DNA of 64,000 nucleotides from Candidatus Nealsonbacteria bacterium (GCA_026016225.1 CP061210.1:593131-657130), one strand, 5' to 3'; shown: positions 9,616 to 20,119, counted from the first letter of the stretch. Notes: generated by a model not told the origin, from the sequence alone. Translations and numbers: made by a program.

Positions 9616-11055
9616 TTAAATATATTCTTTTTCCAAAACCTCAGCTATATTCATTATCTTTTCCTCCTCAAAGGGCTTCCCAATAATTTGCAAGCCAACA
9701 GGTAAATTTTGAACTCTACCGCAGGAAACGGATATTGCAGGCAATCCAGCTAAATTAACAGAGGCAGTGAAAATATCAGATAAATACATTTGTAAGGGGT
9801 CTTTGGCTCTCTCTCCTAATTTAAATGCAGGGGTTGGAGAAGTAGGAGTAAAAATAACATCGACTTTTTCAAAGGCTTTATCAAAATCTTTTTTAATTAA
9901 TGTTCTAACTTTTTGGGCTCTTACATAATAAGCTTCATAATAACCCGAGGACAGAGCATATGTCCCTAACATTATTCTTCTTCTCACCTCATTTCCAAAA
10001 CCTTCTCCCCTACTTTTTAAATAAACATTCAATAAATTGTTGGATTGTTTGATTGTTGGATTGTTGGATATTGAGTATCCGTATTTAATTCCATCATAAC
10101 GAGCAAGATTGGCACTAGCTTCAGAAGGAGCAATTATATAATAACACGGTAAAGCATATTCTGTATGAGGAAGACTAACTTCTTCAATTTTAGCTCCTTC
10201 TTTTTCATATTTTTTTATTGCCTTTTTTATTAATTTTATCACTTCAGGGTCAGTCCCTTCAACAAAATACTCTTTGGGAACACCAATAACTAAATTGGAA
10301 ATTGGATATTGAATATTGGAAATTTTAGATTCGACTGAAGTAGAATCTAATGGGTCCTTTCCTTTTATAACATCAAATACAATTTTACAATCTTGAACCG
10401 TTTTTGTAATGGGTCCTATCTGGTCTAAAGAAGAAGCAAAAGCAATCAAGCCATATCTTGATACAGAACCATAAGTAGGTTTTAAGCCAACCAGGCCACA
10501 AAAAGAAGCAGGTTGTCTGATTGAACCTCCTGTATCAGAACCTAAAGCAAAAAGGCAAAAATTGGCAGCTACTGCAGCAGCTGACCCTCCTGAAGAGCCT
10601 CCAGGTACTCTGGTTAAATCAATCGGGTTTTTCGTCGGACCAAAAGCAGAATTCTCTGTAGAAGAACCCATTGCAAACTCATCCAGATTTGTTTTGGCCA
10701 AAATTACAGCTCCTTGTTCCTTTAATTCCTTTATACAAGTAGCATCATAGGGAGCTATGTAATTTTCTAAAATCTTAGAACCTGCAGTACATTTTATTCC
10801 CTCCACCAAGATATTATCTTTTATAGCTACCGGACTTCCTGCAAGGAAAGAAATTTCCTTTTCTTTAGAAATCATCTCATCTACCTTTTTTGCTTCAGAG
10901 AGAGCTGAATCTTCAGAAACAGTTAAAAAAGAATGAATTTTTTTATCTTCTTTTTTAATCTTTTCTAAATATGCTTTGGTTAATTCTACTGCCGAAAATT
11001 CTTTTTTTAATAGACCTTGGTGAACTTTTTTTATTGTAAGATTTATTAATTCCAT
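9616..11055 (-). CDS. gatA: Asp/Glu-tRNA amidotransferase subunit A
   Basis: Amidase signature [31 protein letters not shown]. Confidence 0.97.
   Translation of the reverse strand: MELINLTIKKVHQGLLKKEFSAVELTKAYLEKIKKEDKKIHSFLTVSEDSALSEAKKVDEMISKEKEISFLAGSPVAIKDNILVEGIKCTAGSKILENYIAPYDATCIKELKEQGAVILAKTNLDEFAMGSSTENSAFGPTKNPIDLTRVPGGSSGGSAAAVAANFCLFALGSDTGGSIRQPASFCGLVGLKPTYGSVSRYGLIAFASSLDQIGPITKTVQDCKIVFDVIKGKDPLDSTSVESKISNIQYPISNLVIGVPKEYFVEGTDPEVIKLIKKAIKKYEKEGAKIEEVSLPHTEYALPCYYIIAPSEASANLARYDGIKYGYSISNNPTIKQSNNLLNVYLKSRGEGFGNEVRRRIMLGTYALSSGYYEAYYVRAQKVRTLIKKDFDKAFEKVDVIFTPTSPTPAFKLGERAKDPLQMYLSDIFTASVNLAGLPAISVSCGRVQNLPVGLQIIGKPFEEEKIMNIAEVLEKEYI
10036..10069. repeat. degenerate 8-mer tandem repeat (ATTGTTGG x4) in frame in gatA
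   Basis: Encodes [11 protein letters not shown]. Confidence 0.7.
10293..10334. repeat. degenerate 7-mer tandem repeat (WATTGGA x~6) in frame in gatA
   Basis: Encodes [12 protein letters not shown]. Confidence 0.65.
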
Positions 11056-11342
11056 TAAAGTATCTGTTTTACCTTCAGGTATCCGCCCTTTTCTTCGGGT
11101 GCTAATTCTAATAATTTTTTATTTTTTAGTTTTGATTTTTCATCCTCTTTGTCTTCTCTCATTACATTCTTAAGCTTTCCTGAAGAAATAAAAAAATCAA
11201 CACCTGAAATATCAACTTCTTTTAATTTCTCGATATAATCTAAGATCGCAGATAGCTCTTTTTGCATTTCCTCCATTTCTTTTTCACTCAATCCTAATCT
11301 GGCAAGATTAGCTACATGTTGAACTTCTTTTTTGGAAATCAT
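11055..11342 (-). CDS. gatC: Asp/Glu-tRNA amidotransferase subunit C
   Basis: [16 protein letters not shown]; coupled to gatA. Confidence 0.93.
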   Translation of the reverse strand: MISKKEVQHVANLARLGLSEKEMEEMQKELSAILDYIEKLKEVDISGVDFFISSGKLKNVMREDKEDEKSKLKNKKLLELAPEEKGGYLKVKQIL

Positions 11343-11352
11343 AAATGTAATA

Positions 11353-12396
11353 TTAATGTGGAGGTTCTAACTCTGCTGTCTCCACCAATACTTCCTCTAA
11401 CTCATCTAAATTCTCTAAAACCATCCCCGCTCCCCTAACAACAGCTGTCATTGGGTCTTCAATAATTCTTGTTGGTATCCTTGTCTCTTTCTGAATTAAT
11501 ACATTTAATCCTCTTAAAAGAGCTCCGCCACCTGACAAATAAATTCCTTTTGTCATTACGTCAGCTAAAAGTTCAGGCGGTGTCTCTTCAATAGCTATTT
11601 TAATTTCTGTCACAATTCTTCCTATAGATTTTTCCATCGCCCTCCTTACTTCCCTATGAGAAATCAAAACTTCTTCAGGAAGACCAGTTACTAAATTTCT
11701 TCCTCGCATTGGAATTTCTTTTTTCTCTTTTAAAAGATGGGCTGAACCTATACCAATTTTAATCATTTCAGCTGTTCTCTCCCCGATTAATAGTTTATAT
11801 TCTTCCTGGGCAAAATGAATTATGTCATCATTAAGCTTATCTCCAGCTATTCTAAGACTTTTTGATAAAACTATACCTCCTAAGGAAATTACTGCCACCT
11901 CTGTTGTACCTCCTCCGATATCGACAATAAAATTCCCGCCTGCTTCCTGAACGGGCAATCTAGCTCCAATGGCTGATGCCATTGGTTCGTCAATTAAGAA
12001 AACTTCTCTTGCTCCCCCCGATTTTGCAGCATCAATCACTGCTTTTTTTTCTACTTCAGTTACTCCGGAAGGTATACCAATGATAATTCTTGGTCTGAGC
12101 CACCTTTTTTTCCTGGTTTTCTCAATAAAATACCTCAGCATTTGTTCTGTGACTTCAAAGTCAGAAACCACTCCGGCCCTTAAAGGTCTGGTTGCCACAA
12201 TATAAGAAGGGGTTCTCCCTACCATTTTTTTAGCTTCAGAACCAATTGCTAAAACCTGACCTGTTTTTTTATTTACAGCAACTATCGAAGGCTCTTGCAT
12301 AACAATACCCCTTCCACGTACATAGACCACAGAGTTGGCAGTACCAAGATCAATAGCAATATCCTCTGATAAAGCTTTAAAGATTTTTTTCAACAT
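11353..12396 (-). CDS. mreB: rod shape-determining protein MreB (paralogue 1)
   Basis: IDLGTAN, DIGGGTTEVAVISLGG, ETPPEL, GGGALL. Confidence 0.95.
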   Translation of the reverse strand: MLKKIFKALSEDIAIDLGTANSVVYVRGRGIVMQEPSIVAVNKKTGQVLAIGSEAKKMVGRTPSYIVATRPLRAGVVSDFEVTEQMLRYFIEKTRKKRWLRPRIIIGIPSGVTEVEKKAVIDAAKSGGAREVFLIDEPMASAIGARLPVQEAGGNFIVDIGGGTTEVAVISLGGIVLSKSLRIAGDKLNDDIIHFAQEEYKLLIGERTAEMIKIGIGSAHLLKEKKEIPMRGRNLVTGLPEEVLISHREVRRAMEKSIGRIVTEIKIAIEETPPELLADVMTKGIYLSGGGALLRGLNVLIQKETRIPTRIIEDPMTAVVRGAGMVLENLDELEEVLVETAELEPPH

Positions 12397-13687
12397 TCTT
12401 TTTTAAATTAGTAATTTCTATTAATTTTACTCTACTTTCATCTCTTCTTTTTAACTCAACAGAGTTTTTCCTTAACGTCTTTTCAGAAACAACAATCCTC
12501 ATTGGAATACCTATCAAATCACAATCTGCAAACTTTTCTCCTGCTGATTTATCTTTCCTATCATCATATAATATTTCAATATTTTGTTTTTGTCCACCTA
12601 TGCCGGAGGCTACGGCGGATCTACCGCAACTCCTCTTCTGAGAAGCAGAAACGGATAAATCCCTGTATATTTCATCTGCCTTTTTTCTTACATTTTTAGT
12701 ATTATCAAGAGAAATTAAATGAATCTGAAAAGGAGCTATTTCCTTTGGCCAAATAATTCCATTTTTATCGCTATTGACTTCAACCGAGGTTGCCATTAAT
12801 CTGGGAAGGCCAATTCCATAACACCCCATTAAAATAAATTTCTCTTTACCGTCTTTATCTTTATATTTAGCGTTCATATCCTTACTATACTTTGTCCCCA
12901 GATAGAAGATATGTCCTACTTCAATTGATTTTTTAGTCTCCAATGGACTTTTACATTGGGGACATTTTTTGTTTCTACCCATCACTTCAATATTTACTCC
13001 GTAATTACATTTTTTGCAAAGTAAAATCTTATCCTCGCCAATATTAGATATGACCATGAATTCATGAGAAAGCTTGCCGCCAATTGTACCAGAACTTGCT
13101 TCAACGCAAACTGTTTTTAACCCACACCTCTTAAAGATTTTAAAATAAGATTTTTTTATTTTTTCATAAAAATTGACCAAGTCTTTCTTATTAGAATGAA
13201 AACTATATAAATCCTTCATTATAAATTCTATTGTTCTTAAGAGTCCGCCGGTAGCCCGCATTTCATTACGGAATTTATTCTGAATCTGAAAGAGAAAGAA
13301 AGGTAAATCTTGGTAAGAACTAACTCTTTTTCGGACCATATCCACCATTTCCTCTTCATGGGTAGAACCCAAAGCTAATTCTTTATTGTGGCGGTCTTTC
13401 AATTTAAAAAGAGGTGGATCCATAGCATTCCAGCGTTTAGTTTCCTGCCAAAGATTCTTATTTTGAAAAGTTGACAAATATACTTCTTGAGCACCCAGCT
13501 CAAGCATTTCTTCCCGGATAATTTTTTCAATTTTTTTCAAAACTAAAAATCCTAAGGGTAAAAATCTATAAACTCCGCTAATTGATTGCTCAATAAAATC
13601 CCCTTTAATTAAATATTTATGACTAATAGCTATTGCAGTTCTTGCTATTTTCTTTTTAGTTTTTGTGAAAAGTTGGGATTGAAGCAT
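12377..13687 (-). CDS. proS: proline--tRNA ligase, short form without INS editing domain
   Basis: THEE, KFRNEMR, IEVGHIF, MGCYGIG, GEKFADCDLIG; start taken as ATG 13687. Confidence 0.95.
   Translation of the reverse strand: MLQSQLFTKTKKKIARTAIAISHKYLIKGDFIEQSISGVYRFLPLGFLVLKKIEKIIREEMLELGAQEVYLSTFQNKNLWQETKRWNAMDPPLFKLKDRHNKELALGSTHEEEMVDMVRKRVSSYQDLPFFLFQIQNKFRNEMRATGGLLRTIEFIMKDLYSFHSNKKDLVNFYEKIKKSYFKIFKRCGLKTVCVEASSGTIGGKLSHEFMVISNIGEDKILLCKKCNYGVNIEVMGRNKKCPQCKSPLETKKSIEVGHIFYLGTKYSKDMNAKYKDKDGKEKFILMGCYGIGLPRLMATSVEVNSDKNGIIWPKEIAPFQIHLISLDNTKNVRKKADEIYRDLSVSASQKRSCGRSAVASGIGGQKQNIEILYDDRKDKSAGEKFADCDLIGIPMRIVVSEKTLRKNSVELKRRDESRVKLIEITNLKKNVEKNL
12590..12660. repeat. GC-rich palindromic insert in frame in proS
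   Basis: tccacctatgccggaggctacggcgga plus a second imperfect hairpin; encodes SVSASQKRSCGRSAVASGIGG. Confidence 0.75.
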
Positions 13688-13692
13688 ATGTT

Positions 13693-14772
13693 TTAGAAAA
13701 TTCTTGCTATATCTTTTATTGTTACCCAAACCATTAGCAAGAGCAAAGCCATAAAAGAAAAAGCAATCATTTTTTGTTGAATTTTTTCAGAAACTGGTTT
13801 TTTTCTTACGGCCTCAATTGCTAAAAATAAAATTCTACCTCCGTCTACTGCCGGAATAGGTAAAAGATTAAATATGGCTAATTGAATAGAAATTAAAGAT
13901 AGAAAGTTCAAAAAATAAATTAATCCTAATCGTTGAGTCTGAGTTAACATTTGAAAGATTCCAACAGGTCCTACTATCTCTATTCCTGTCCGCTGGCCTA
14001 AAAATAAGTTTTCAAGAGCTTGAATATAAACTTGAATTACAGCCAAAGTAATCTTCCCCGTAGTCACAATTCCTTTAAAAGGAGCTAAATACCAGGGATG
14101 TTTTTGAATTGCCGTCCTAATTAAAGCTACTCCCATTGGTCCCTCACCTTCGGGCGGCAAAATTCTTGGTATTAAAGAAGCTTCGAAAACCTCTTTTTCT
14201 CTCTCAATTATCAAAATAATATTCTGACCTTTATTCTGGTTAATAATCTCTTTTATTTCTTTAATCTTCGTTACATCAAACCTCAAACCTCCAATCTTAA
14301 AACCTTTTATTATATCTCCTACTTTTAAACCCGCAATATCAGCCGGCGAATCTGAAGCTATATCTATAATATTGACTTTAGGATTTAAAAAATTAGAAAT
14401 TTCTTCATCTTCAATCATAACAGGAGCGCCGAGACCAAAGACAATACTAAAAAGAATTGCTGCTATTACCCAAAAAGAAAGCACCCCTCCCAAAGCAATC
14501 AAAAATCTTTTTCCAACCGATTGTCGAGAAAAACTATGAGGATCACGGCTTTTTTCAATCTCTCCCGGCATCCTGACAAAAGCACCGAAGGGCAAAAGAT
14601 TAAGAGAATAAATAGTTTCTCCAATTTTTTTTGCAATTATTCTTGGAGGATAACCTATCCCAAACTCTTCAACTTTTACTCTAAATTTTTTAGCCAATAT
14701 AAAATGACCCAGCTCATGAAGAGTTATTAAACTAATAAGACTGATAAGACCTATTATAAATGTTAAAATCAT
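13693..14772 (-). CDS. rseP: RIP metalloprotease RseP (M50 with PDZ)
   Basis: HELGH, FGIGYPP, PDZ-like SPADIAGLKVGD, NLLPIPAVDGG. Confidence 0.92.
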   Translation of the reverse strand: MILTFIIGLISLISLITLHELGHFILAKKFRVKVEEFGIGYPPRIIAKKIGETIYSLNLLPFGAFVRMPGEIEKSRDPHSFSRQSVGKRFLIALGGVLSFWVIAAILFSIVFGLGAPVMIEDEEISNFLNPKVNIIDIASDSPADIAGLKVGDIIKGFKIGGLRFDVTKIKEIKEIINQNKGQNIILIIEREKEVFEASLIPRILPPEGEGPMGVALIRTAIQKHPWYLAPFKGIVTTGKITLAVIQVYIQALENLFLGQRTGIEIVGPVGIFQMLTQTQRLGLIYFLNFLSLISIQLAIFNLLPIPAVDGGRILFLAIEAVRKKPVSEKIQQKMIAFSFMALLLLMVWVTIKDIARIF

Positions 14773-14781
14773 CTAACCATT

Positions 14782-15354
14782 TTAACCTTCTATTTCTTTT
14801 TTCTTTTTTTGTACTATTTCTTCAATTTTCTCTTGAAACTCCTTTATCAAATCCTCTAGTTCATCTTTTCCTTTATACTTATCATCTTCACTAAGCTTGC
14901 TTTCTCTAAATGCTTCCTGTATCTCTTTCCAAGCCTCATCTCTCCACTTCCTGATTGTTTTTTTAATCTGTTCTTGTTTCTCAATAACTAAACGAATCAA
15001 ATCATTTCTAAACTCTTCGCTTAAAGGCGGCAGGGTGATTCTAATTAGGGCTTTGTCAACTATTGGTGAAGCCCCTATACTGCTTTTTTCCAAAGACTTT
15101 ACAATTTCCTCGATATAGGATTTGTCCCAGGGTTGAATCAAAATCTCTCTTGGCTGGGGAATTGATATTGCAGCTAACTGCTTCAAAGAATATATCTTGC
15201 CAAAATATCCGACGCTAATATTCTCAACTAAAGAAGGAGAAGCTCTCTCGGCTCTAATTTTTTGCAATTCTCTATTTAAAAAATTGACAACCTTTTCTAA
15301 TTCAGGTTTTATTTTTTCAATAATGTCTTTGTAAGAAATTCTTTCTTCTGACAT
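14782..15354 (-). CDS. frr: ribosome recycling factor
   Basis: IRAERASPSL, IQPWD, PPLSEE. Confidence 0.95.
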   Translation of the reverse strand: MSEERISYKDIIEKIKPELEKVVNFLNRELQKIRAERASPSLVENISVGYFGKIYSLKQLAAISIPQPREILIQPWDKSYIEEIVKSLEKSSIGASPIVDKALIRITLPPLSEEFRNDLIRLVIEKQEQIKKTIRKWRDEAWKEIQEAFRESKLSEDDKYKGKDELEDLIKEFQEKIEEIVQKKKKEIEG

Positions 15355-15362
15355 AAAATGGC

Positions 15363-16280
15363 TTAAAGCTTCATCATTAATATTTCTAAAGCTAATCTTG
15401 GGTTAATGTTCGTGGTTGAAATTACATAAATTGTTTCTTGAATAGCGTCGAGAATGTTTTTTATTTTTAATAAATTTGGTCTGTTTTTAGCAAAAAGTAA
15501 ATTCTTTCTGAAATAAAACAACCAAGCATCCAATGTTTCTTTCAGGTCTTCTTTTTGGGATAATTCTTTAACATATTGAAAACGTAAAGAAAGCGGAGAA
15601 TTTGAAATTTTTTCCAATTTTTTTATCTTTTTCTTTCTCTGTTCTAATTTCTCGGAGTTTTGCAAAAAATTAATAGCTTTTCCGGGTCTCCCTAATGAAA
15701 GTTCAACAATTTGTTTAATATCTTCCTTCGGAACTTTTTTTTGTTTCAAGTAAAGACTTATTTCTTCATTTTTCACGGAGTAAAACTTAACATTTTCACA
15801 CCTTGAAAGGATAGTAGGTAAAAGATAACCTGGATGCTCTGTAATTAAAATTAAAAGACTTTTAGTTTTTGGTTCTTCTAAGCTCTTTAAAAAACAGTTT
15901 TGGGCCTCCCGGGTCATTAAATGAGCTTTATCAACTATTACGCCTAAAAGAGGTGCTTTTATAGGTTTTAAGGATAATTTCCAATTAAGCTCTCTAATCT
16001 GAGCAATTTGAATCTGCTCACGCACCAGAGCAGACCTCGGAGCGGGGGTGTTGCGCCCAACCGAACTTTGTTCTGGTCTGGGATGTTTTGTTCTTGGGAC
16101 AATCAAAATAAAATCTGGATGACGAGACAGTTCTTCTTTAAAAAGAGAAGAAATTAGCTCTAAAGCTATTGTTCTTTTACCTAACTCTTCGGGTCCGGTA
16201 AACAGTAAAGCATGAGGAATTTTTCCTGAGCTAACTATTTTTTTTAAAAACTCTTGTTGTTTTTTATGGCCAATAATCAC
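15363..16280 (-). CDS. holB: DNA polymerase III delta-prime subunit
   Basis: HALLFTGP, HPD, AQNCFLKSLEEP, LLPTILSRC. Confidence 0.9.
   Translation of the reverse strand: MIIGHKKQQEFLKKIVSSGKIPHALLFTGPEELGKRTIALELISSLFKEELSRHPDFILIVPRTKHPRPEQSSVGRNTPAPRSALVREQIQIAQIRELNWKLSLKPIKAPLLGVIVDKAHLMTREAQNCFLKSLEEPKTKSLLILITEHPGYLLPTILSRCENVKFYSVKNEEISLYLKQKKVPKEDIKQIVELSLGRPGKAINFLQNSEKLEQRKKKIKKLEKISNSPLSLRFQYVKELSQKEDLKETLDAWLFYFRKNLLFAKNRPNLLKIKNILDAIQETIYVISTTNINPRLALEILMMKL
16017..16082. repeat. two inverted copies of a ~29-nt palindromic element in frame in holB
   Basis: cacgcaccagagcagacctcggagcgggg and cccaaccgaactttgttctggtctggg; partial copy ccccgcacca at 44979. Confidence 0.7.
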
Positions 16281-17278
16281 TGTTTCTTCCTCATTATTGT
16301 TTTTTTATAGAGGTCTAAATTTTCTAACATTACTCCTGTTCCCTTTGCTACGCATAAAGACGGGTCCTCAACTAAAATAGCTGGAACACCTATGGATTTG
16401 GCAATTAATTCTGGAAGATTATCTAATAGAGAACCTCCTCCTGTCATTACCATCCCTTTATTCATGATATCAGCCGACAGTTCAGGTGGAGTATCTCTAA
16501 GTACTAATTTAATTACGTGAATAATCTCGGAAAGAATATCAGAGAGGGCTTCGCACATATCATTTGACGAAATTTTAATATTTTTAGGTAATCCTAAAGA
16601 CATATCTCTTCCTCGAATCTCCATCTTTTTTTCTTCCTTCTCGGGAAGAGCGGTACCGATTCTCTTCTTTATCTCCTCTGATGTTTGTTCTCCGATAGCT
16701 AAATTGTATTTCTTCCTAATATAATCAGAAATAGCAATATCCATTTTATCTCCTGCTATTCTTATAGAATGAAAATTAACAATTCCACCCAAAGAAATCA
16801 CTGCAGCTTCAGTTGTCCCTCCCCCAATATCAACAATCATATTACCGGAACAACTATCAATTGGAACCCCCGCTCCAATAGCTGCTAAGATGGGCTCTTT
16901 CGCTAAATAAACTGTTTTCGCTCCGACATTCATGCCGGCTTCAATTACCGCCCTTTTTTCAGTAGAAGTAATACCGGCTGGAACACCAATCATCAAATCT
17001 GGCTTGAAAAGGCGAAAATGACCCATCGTTTTATCAATAAAATGTTTAAGCATTGCCTGGGTTACTCTAAAATCAGCAATCACTCCGTCCTTAAGAGGTC
17101 GATAAATACGGATTGTATCGGGAGTACGTCCCATCATTTCTTTAGCTTCTCTTCCCACAGCTAAAATCTCATTCTCTGCTATGGCTACTGCCACTACTGA
17201 TGGTTCTTGTAAAACCACTCCTTTTTTAGGAATAAAAACAACTGAATTGCAGGTTCCTAAATCAATACCAATTCTCAT
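16277..17278 (-). CDS. mreB: MreB/Mbl paralogue 2
   Basis: IDLGTCN, RPLKDGVIADF, DIGGGTTEAAVISLGG, TPPELSAD. Confidence 0.92.
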   Translation of the reverse strand: MRIGIDLGTCNSVVFIPKKGVVLQEPSVVAVAIAENEILAVGREAKEMMGRTPDTIRIYRPLKDGVIADFRVTQAMLKHFIDKTMGHFRLFKPDLMIGVPAGITSTEKRAVIEAGMNVGAKTVYLAKEPILAAIGAGVPIDSCSGNMIVDIGGGTTEAAVISLGGIVNFHSIRIAGDKMDIAISDYIRKKYNLAIGEQTSEEIKKRIGTALPEKEEKKMEIRGRDMSLGLPKNIKISSNDMCEALSDILSEIIHVIKLVLRDTPPELSADIMNKGMVMTGGGSLLDNLPELIAKSIGVPAILVEDPSLCVAKGTGVMLENLDLYKKTIMRKKQ

Positions 17279-17325
17279 AGTAGTGCTAATACATAATCAG
17301 GTCGCTCGCCTTCGGCGAAAGCCTG

Positions 17326-17394
17326 TTTTCCTACATGGGGGAAACCTGAGAGTGGTGGACACTCACTCTCGCCCCCCCCCTCCGATATAGGAAA
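17326..17394. repeat. GC-rich long hairpin in the mreB2 leader; 3' half repeated at 38195-38231
   Basis: tttccta..ggggg..gagagtg / cactctc..ccccc..taggaaa pairing; shared agtggt..actcactctYg.cccccctccgatatRgg. Confidence 0.6.
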
Positions 17395-17505
17395 GTCTGT
17401 TTAAAAGATTATCTTTTTCCTCTTTAAAGATAACTTATCTTTTCAAATTTTGCAACTTTCAAAAAAAAAGAAGTCAAAAAATAGTCCTCTATAAGTTAAT
17501 GGCTC

Positions 17506-17534
17506 TTGAAGTTAATATTTAAAACAAATATAAT
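17506..17534 (+). promoter_or_regulatory. sigma70 promoter, probably giving a leaderless mRNA
   Basis: TTGAAG-17nt-TATAAT, 7 nt before ATG 17542. Confidence 0.6.
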
Positions 17535-17541
17535 GTTTAAA

Positions 17542-18870
17542 ATGAGAGGAAAAACTCGCAAAATTCTATTGTTTCTATTTTTCCTTATATTTATTATCTC
17601 AGCACCCTTATTGGTGTTTTATTTTCAGGGATATAGATTTGATTTTAAAAACAAAAAATTGATCCAAACGGGCGGTCTTTTCTTTAAAATAAAACCGAAA
17701 CAAACAAAAATTTATTTAGACGAAAAATTATCAAAAGAAACTGATTTTCTTTTTGGTTCAGCTCTAATTGAAAATCTTTTACCAAAAAAATATAATGTTA
17801 AAGTAAAAAAAGAGGGGTATTTTGATTGGGAAAAAAACTTAGAAATAAGAGAAAAGGAGGTTACAGAAGCTAGAAATATTGTTCTTTTTCCAAATGATAT
17901 TAATTTTAGTTTTTTATCAAAAGGAATTAAAGATGTTTGGCTTTCTCCCGACGAAAGAAAAATGATTTTTAAAGAAAAGAAAGAAGATATCTGGGAATTG
18001 AAAATTTATGATTTAGAGAAAAACTTAAAGAGCCACCTTCTTAAAGAAAGTGATATCTCAAGTAAAGGAGCTGATTTATTTGACCTGGAATTTTCCAGAG
18101 ACGGAAAGAAAATATATTTTGATACTTTAATTGAAGAACAATTAAGAAAAAAGAAGAGTTTTGTTTTAGAAATCGATAAGAGCCCCCCTTTCTTAAAAGA
18201 AACTGAAAAAACTTTACCACCTCTGGAAAATATTATAACCTCTCAACAAATCAATGAAGAAGTTTATTATCTGGATAATTTTGGTTATCTTTACAAATCG
18301 GATAGTTCTTTCTCTAAAGCAGAAGAAATCACAAGAGTGCCTTTTCCTTTAAAACAGGAAACCGACTATCAATTATATGTTTTTTCTGACTTTGTCTTTC
18401 TAATAGAAGGAGGGAAATCTCTGCATTTATTAAATCAAGAAACAAAATTATTCGAAAATTTCTTCGAAGGAATAAAGTCTCTAAAAATCTCTCCTGATTT
18501 TGAAAAGATAGTCTATTTCTCTAATTACGAAATTCAAATTTTTTTCCTGAAAGAAAGTCCAAAGCAGCCAAAAAGGGAAAAAGGAGAAAATATGTTTTTA
18601 CTCCGCCTTTCAGAAAAAATCAAAGATGTTTTCTGGATAACACCAAATCATTTGATTTTCAGCACCGAGAATAATATAAAAATTACTGAAATTGACAATA
18701 GAGATATAATAAATATTATTCAATTAGCTGAGTTTTCATCTTTTATTAAGAACCACGGAGAATCTACTAAAGACCGGGGAAATCTAAAAATATTCTGGAA
18801 CTCTATTAATGAAAGACTCTATGTCTTAGCTAAAGAAAGTCTATGGGTTTCAAATAAACTGACTCCCTAA
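17542..18870 (+). CDS. membrane-anchored PEGA-domain protein with probable beta-propeller-like region
   Basis: N-terminal TM, GYRFD...TGGL, LLPKKYNVKVKKEGY, repeated xSPD motifs. Confidence 0.75.
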   Translation: MRGKTRKILLFLFFLIFIISAPLLVFYFQGYRFDFKNKKLIQTGGLFFKIKPKQTKIYLDEKLSKETDFLFGSALIENLLPKKYNVKVKKEGYFDWEKNLEIREKEVTEARNIVLFPNDINFSFLSKGIKDVWLSPDERKMIFKEKKEDIWELKIYDLEKNLKSHLLKESDISSKGADLFDLEFSRDGKKIYFDTLIEEQLRKKKSFVLEIDKSPPFLKETEKTLPPLENIITSQQINEEVYYLDNFGYLYKSDSSFSKAEEITRVPFPLKQETDYQLYVFSDFVFLIEGGKSLHLLNQETKLFENFFEGIKSLKISPDFEKIVYFSNYEIQIFFLKESPKQPKREKGENMFLLRLSEKIKDVFWITPNHLIFSTENNIKITEIDNRDIINIIQLAEFSSFIKNHGESTKDRGNLKIFWNSINERLYVLAKESLWVSNKLTP

Positions 18871-18904
18871 AAACTCTTGAAACTTAAAGGGTGAAACTTG
18901 AACC

Positions 18905-19600
18905 TTAAGCGGTTTTGTTTTGCGCCTGAATTCTTTTCTTAAATTCTTCCCAGTTTACATTTCCCCCTCCTGTCATCTGACAGACTTCTTTAAACGGACA
19001 ATAACGACATTGCCAACTTAGGGGATAATCAGCGAGCTGGGAAGGAATAATATTTGAATCTATCTTTCTTTTTAGCTCGGTTAATTTTTTCAAAAGTCCC
19101 CGGGCTCTATTTTTATCATAATCTACTAAAAATTCTTTTAATTCCTGGCTATCTTTATTAACGTAAAGCAAAATTCCTTTTGATACTTTGAAAAAATGTA
19201 AATAAAGCTGAAGCTGGTCAACGTTTTCTACTTTAGGTTCTTTTAGATTTCTAAAAATCATACTGTTCATACTTTTGATGTCAACAATATATAAATCTTT
19301 TCCGTCACTAATGATTGCATCAGCCCTTCCAGCGATTAATTCTTTGGGAGGGATATTAACCTCTGACGCTACCACATGAATCTTTCTCAAACTCAACAAA
19401 GGCTTCATAATAAGCTGATGTATATAATCTCCGTGCTCAAACAATCTTAAGATTCTCGCTTCCATATCTTCTTTGGGAGCTTTTTTGAATTTATAAAATA
19501 TTGCCCTTGGACATTTTCCAGCGTCGGTAATATAAAAACGGGTCCTTTCTCTATCTTTTTGGCGGTCTAAGTAAAATTGGTTGATAAGTTTTTTGAGCAT
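18905..19600 (-). CDS. stand-alone Cas4-like PD-(D/E)XK nuclease with Fe-S staple cysteines
   Basis: KCPR, GRADA..VDIKS, QLQLY, CRYCPFKEVC. Confidence 0.85.
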   Translation of the reverse strand: MLKKLINQFYLDRQKDRERTRFYITDAGKCPRAIFYKFKKAPKEDMEARILRLFEHGDYIHQLIMKPLLSLRKIHVVASEVNIPPKELIAGRADAIISDGKDLYIVDIKSMNSMIFRNLKEPKVENVDQLQLYLHFFKVSKGILLYVNKDSQELKEFLVDYDKNRARGLLKKLTELKRKIDSNIIPSQLADYPLSWQCRYCPFKEVCQMTGGGNVNWEEFKKRIQAQNKTA

Positions 19601-19744
19601 AATAAATTAGGGTCTAGTATGTTTTTGTGTATGGTAATTTTAACAAATCCGGGGTTAATTGTCGAGGAATTTTACTCGATATATAAACTATTTTCCGCTT
19701 GAAAAATTATTTTGTTGTTATAATATAAAGAAGGTGTTTTAAAA

Positions 19745-20032
19745 ATGTCATCAGGTAAGCCATCAGATGAAATTCTAAAGGCCTTAGAAAAGATTAATCA
19801 AGATTTATCAGGAGAACTTTTGATAAGTGCATTGGATAATTTGAAAAATATCGTAGAAAAAAGTGTCTTAGAAGACCATCATAAAGAATTACTCAGGAAA
19901 ATATTTTTTTGGAAAAATATAAGGGAAAATCGAGAAGCTCGTGAAATTTTAAAGCAAATATTAACGAAATTCATTAGAGAAGCTATCCTTGACCTGTTTA
20001 AAGTCTTATCATATACCTTCAATAATCTTTAA
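19745..20032 (+). CDS. small helical hypothetical protein (ORFan cassette)
   Basis: 95-aa ORF with AAGGTG upstream, TATAAT-like -10, downstream hairpin at ~20049-20077. Confidence 0.55.
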   Translation: MSSGKPSDEILKALEKINQDLSGELLISALDNLKNIVEKSVLEDHHKELLRKIFFWKNIRENREAREILKQILTKFIREAILDLFKVLSYTFNNL

Positions 20033-20119
20033 ACTATATCCTTTTTTAAAAAATCTCTTTTTAAAAGAGATTATTTTTTTATATAAGATTATCACAAGAC
20101 TCAGGGTTACGAAAACGCT

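Noticed and set aside
11353..17278. Two mreB genes as a recent duplication or misassembly
   Set aside because: The proteins are clearly divergent and both intact, so they are old paralogues
17296..17394. Glycine riboswitch (minus strand has CTCTCAGG and CGCCGAAGG)
   Set aside because: The motifs are in the wrong order for an aptamer, the downstream gene is mreB, and part of the sequence recurs as a repeat before rpsQ
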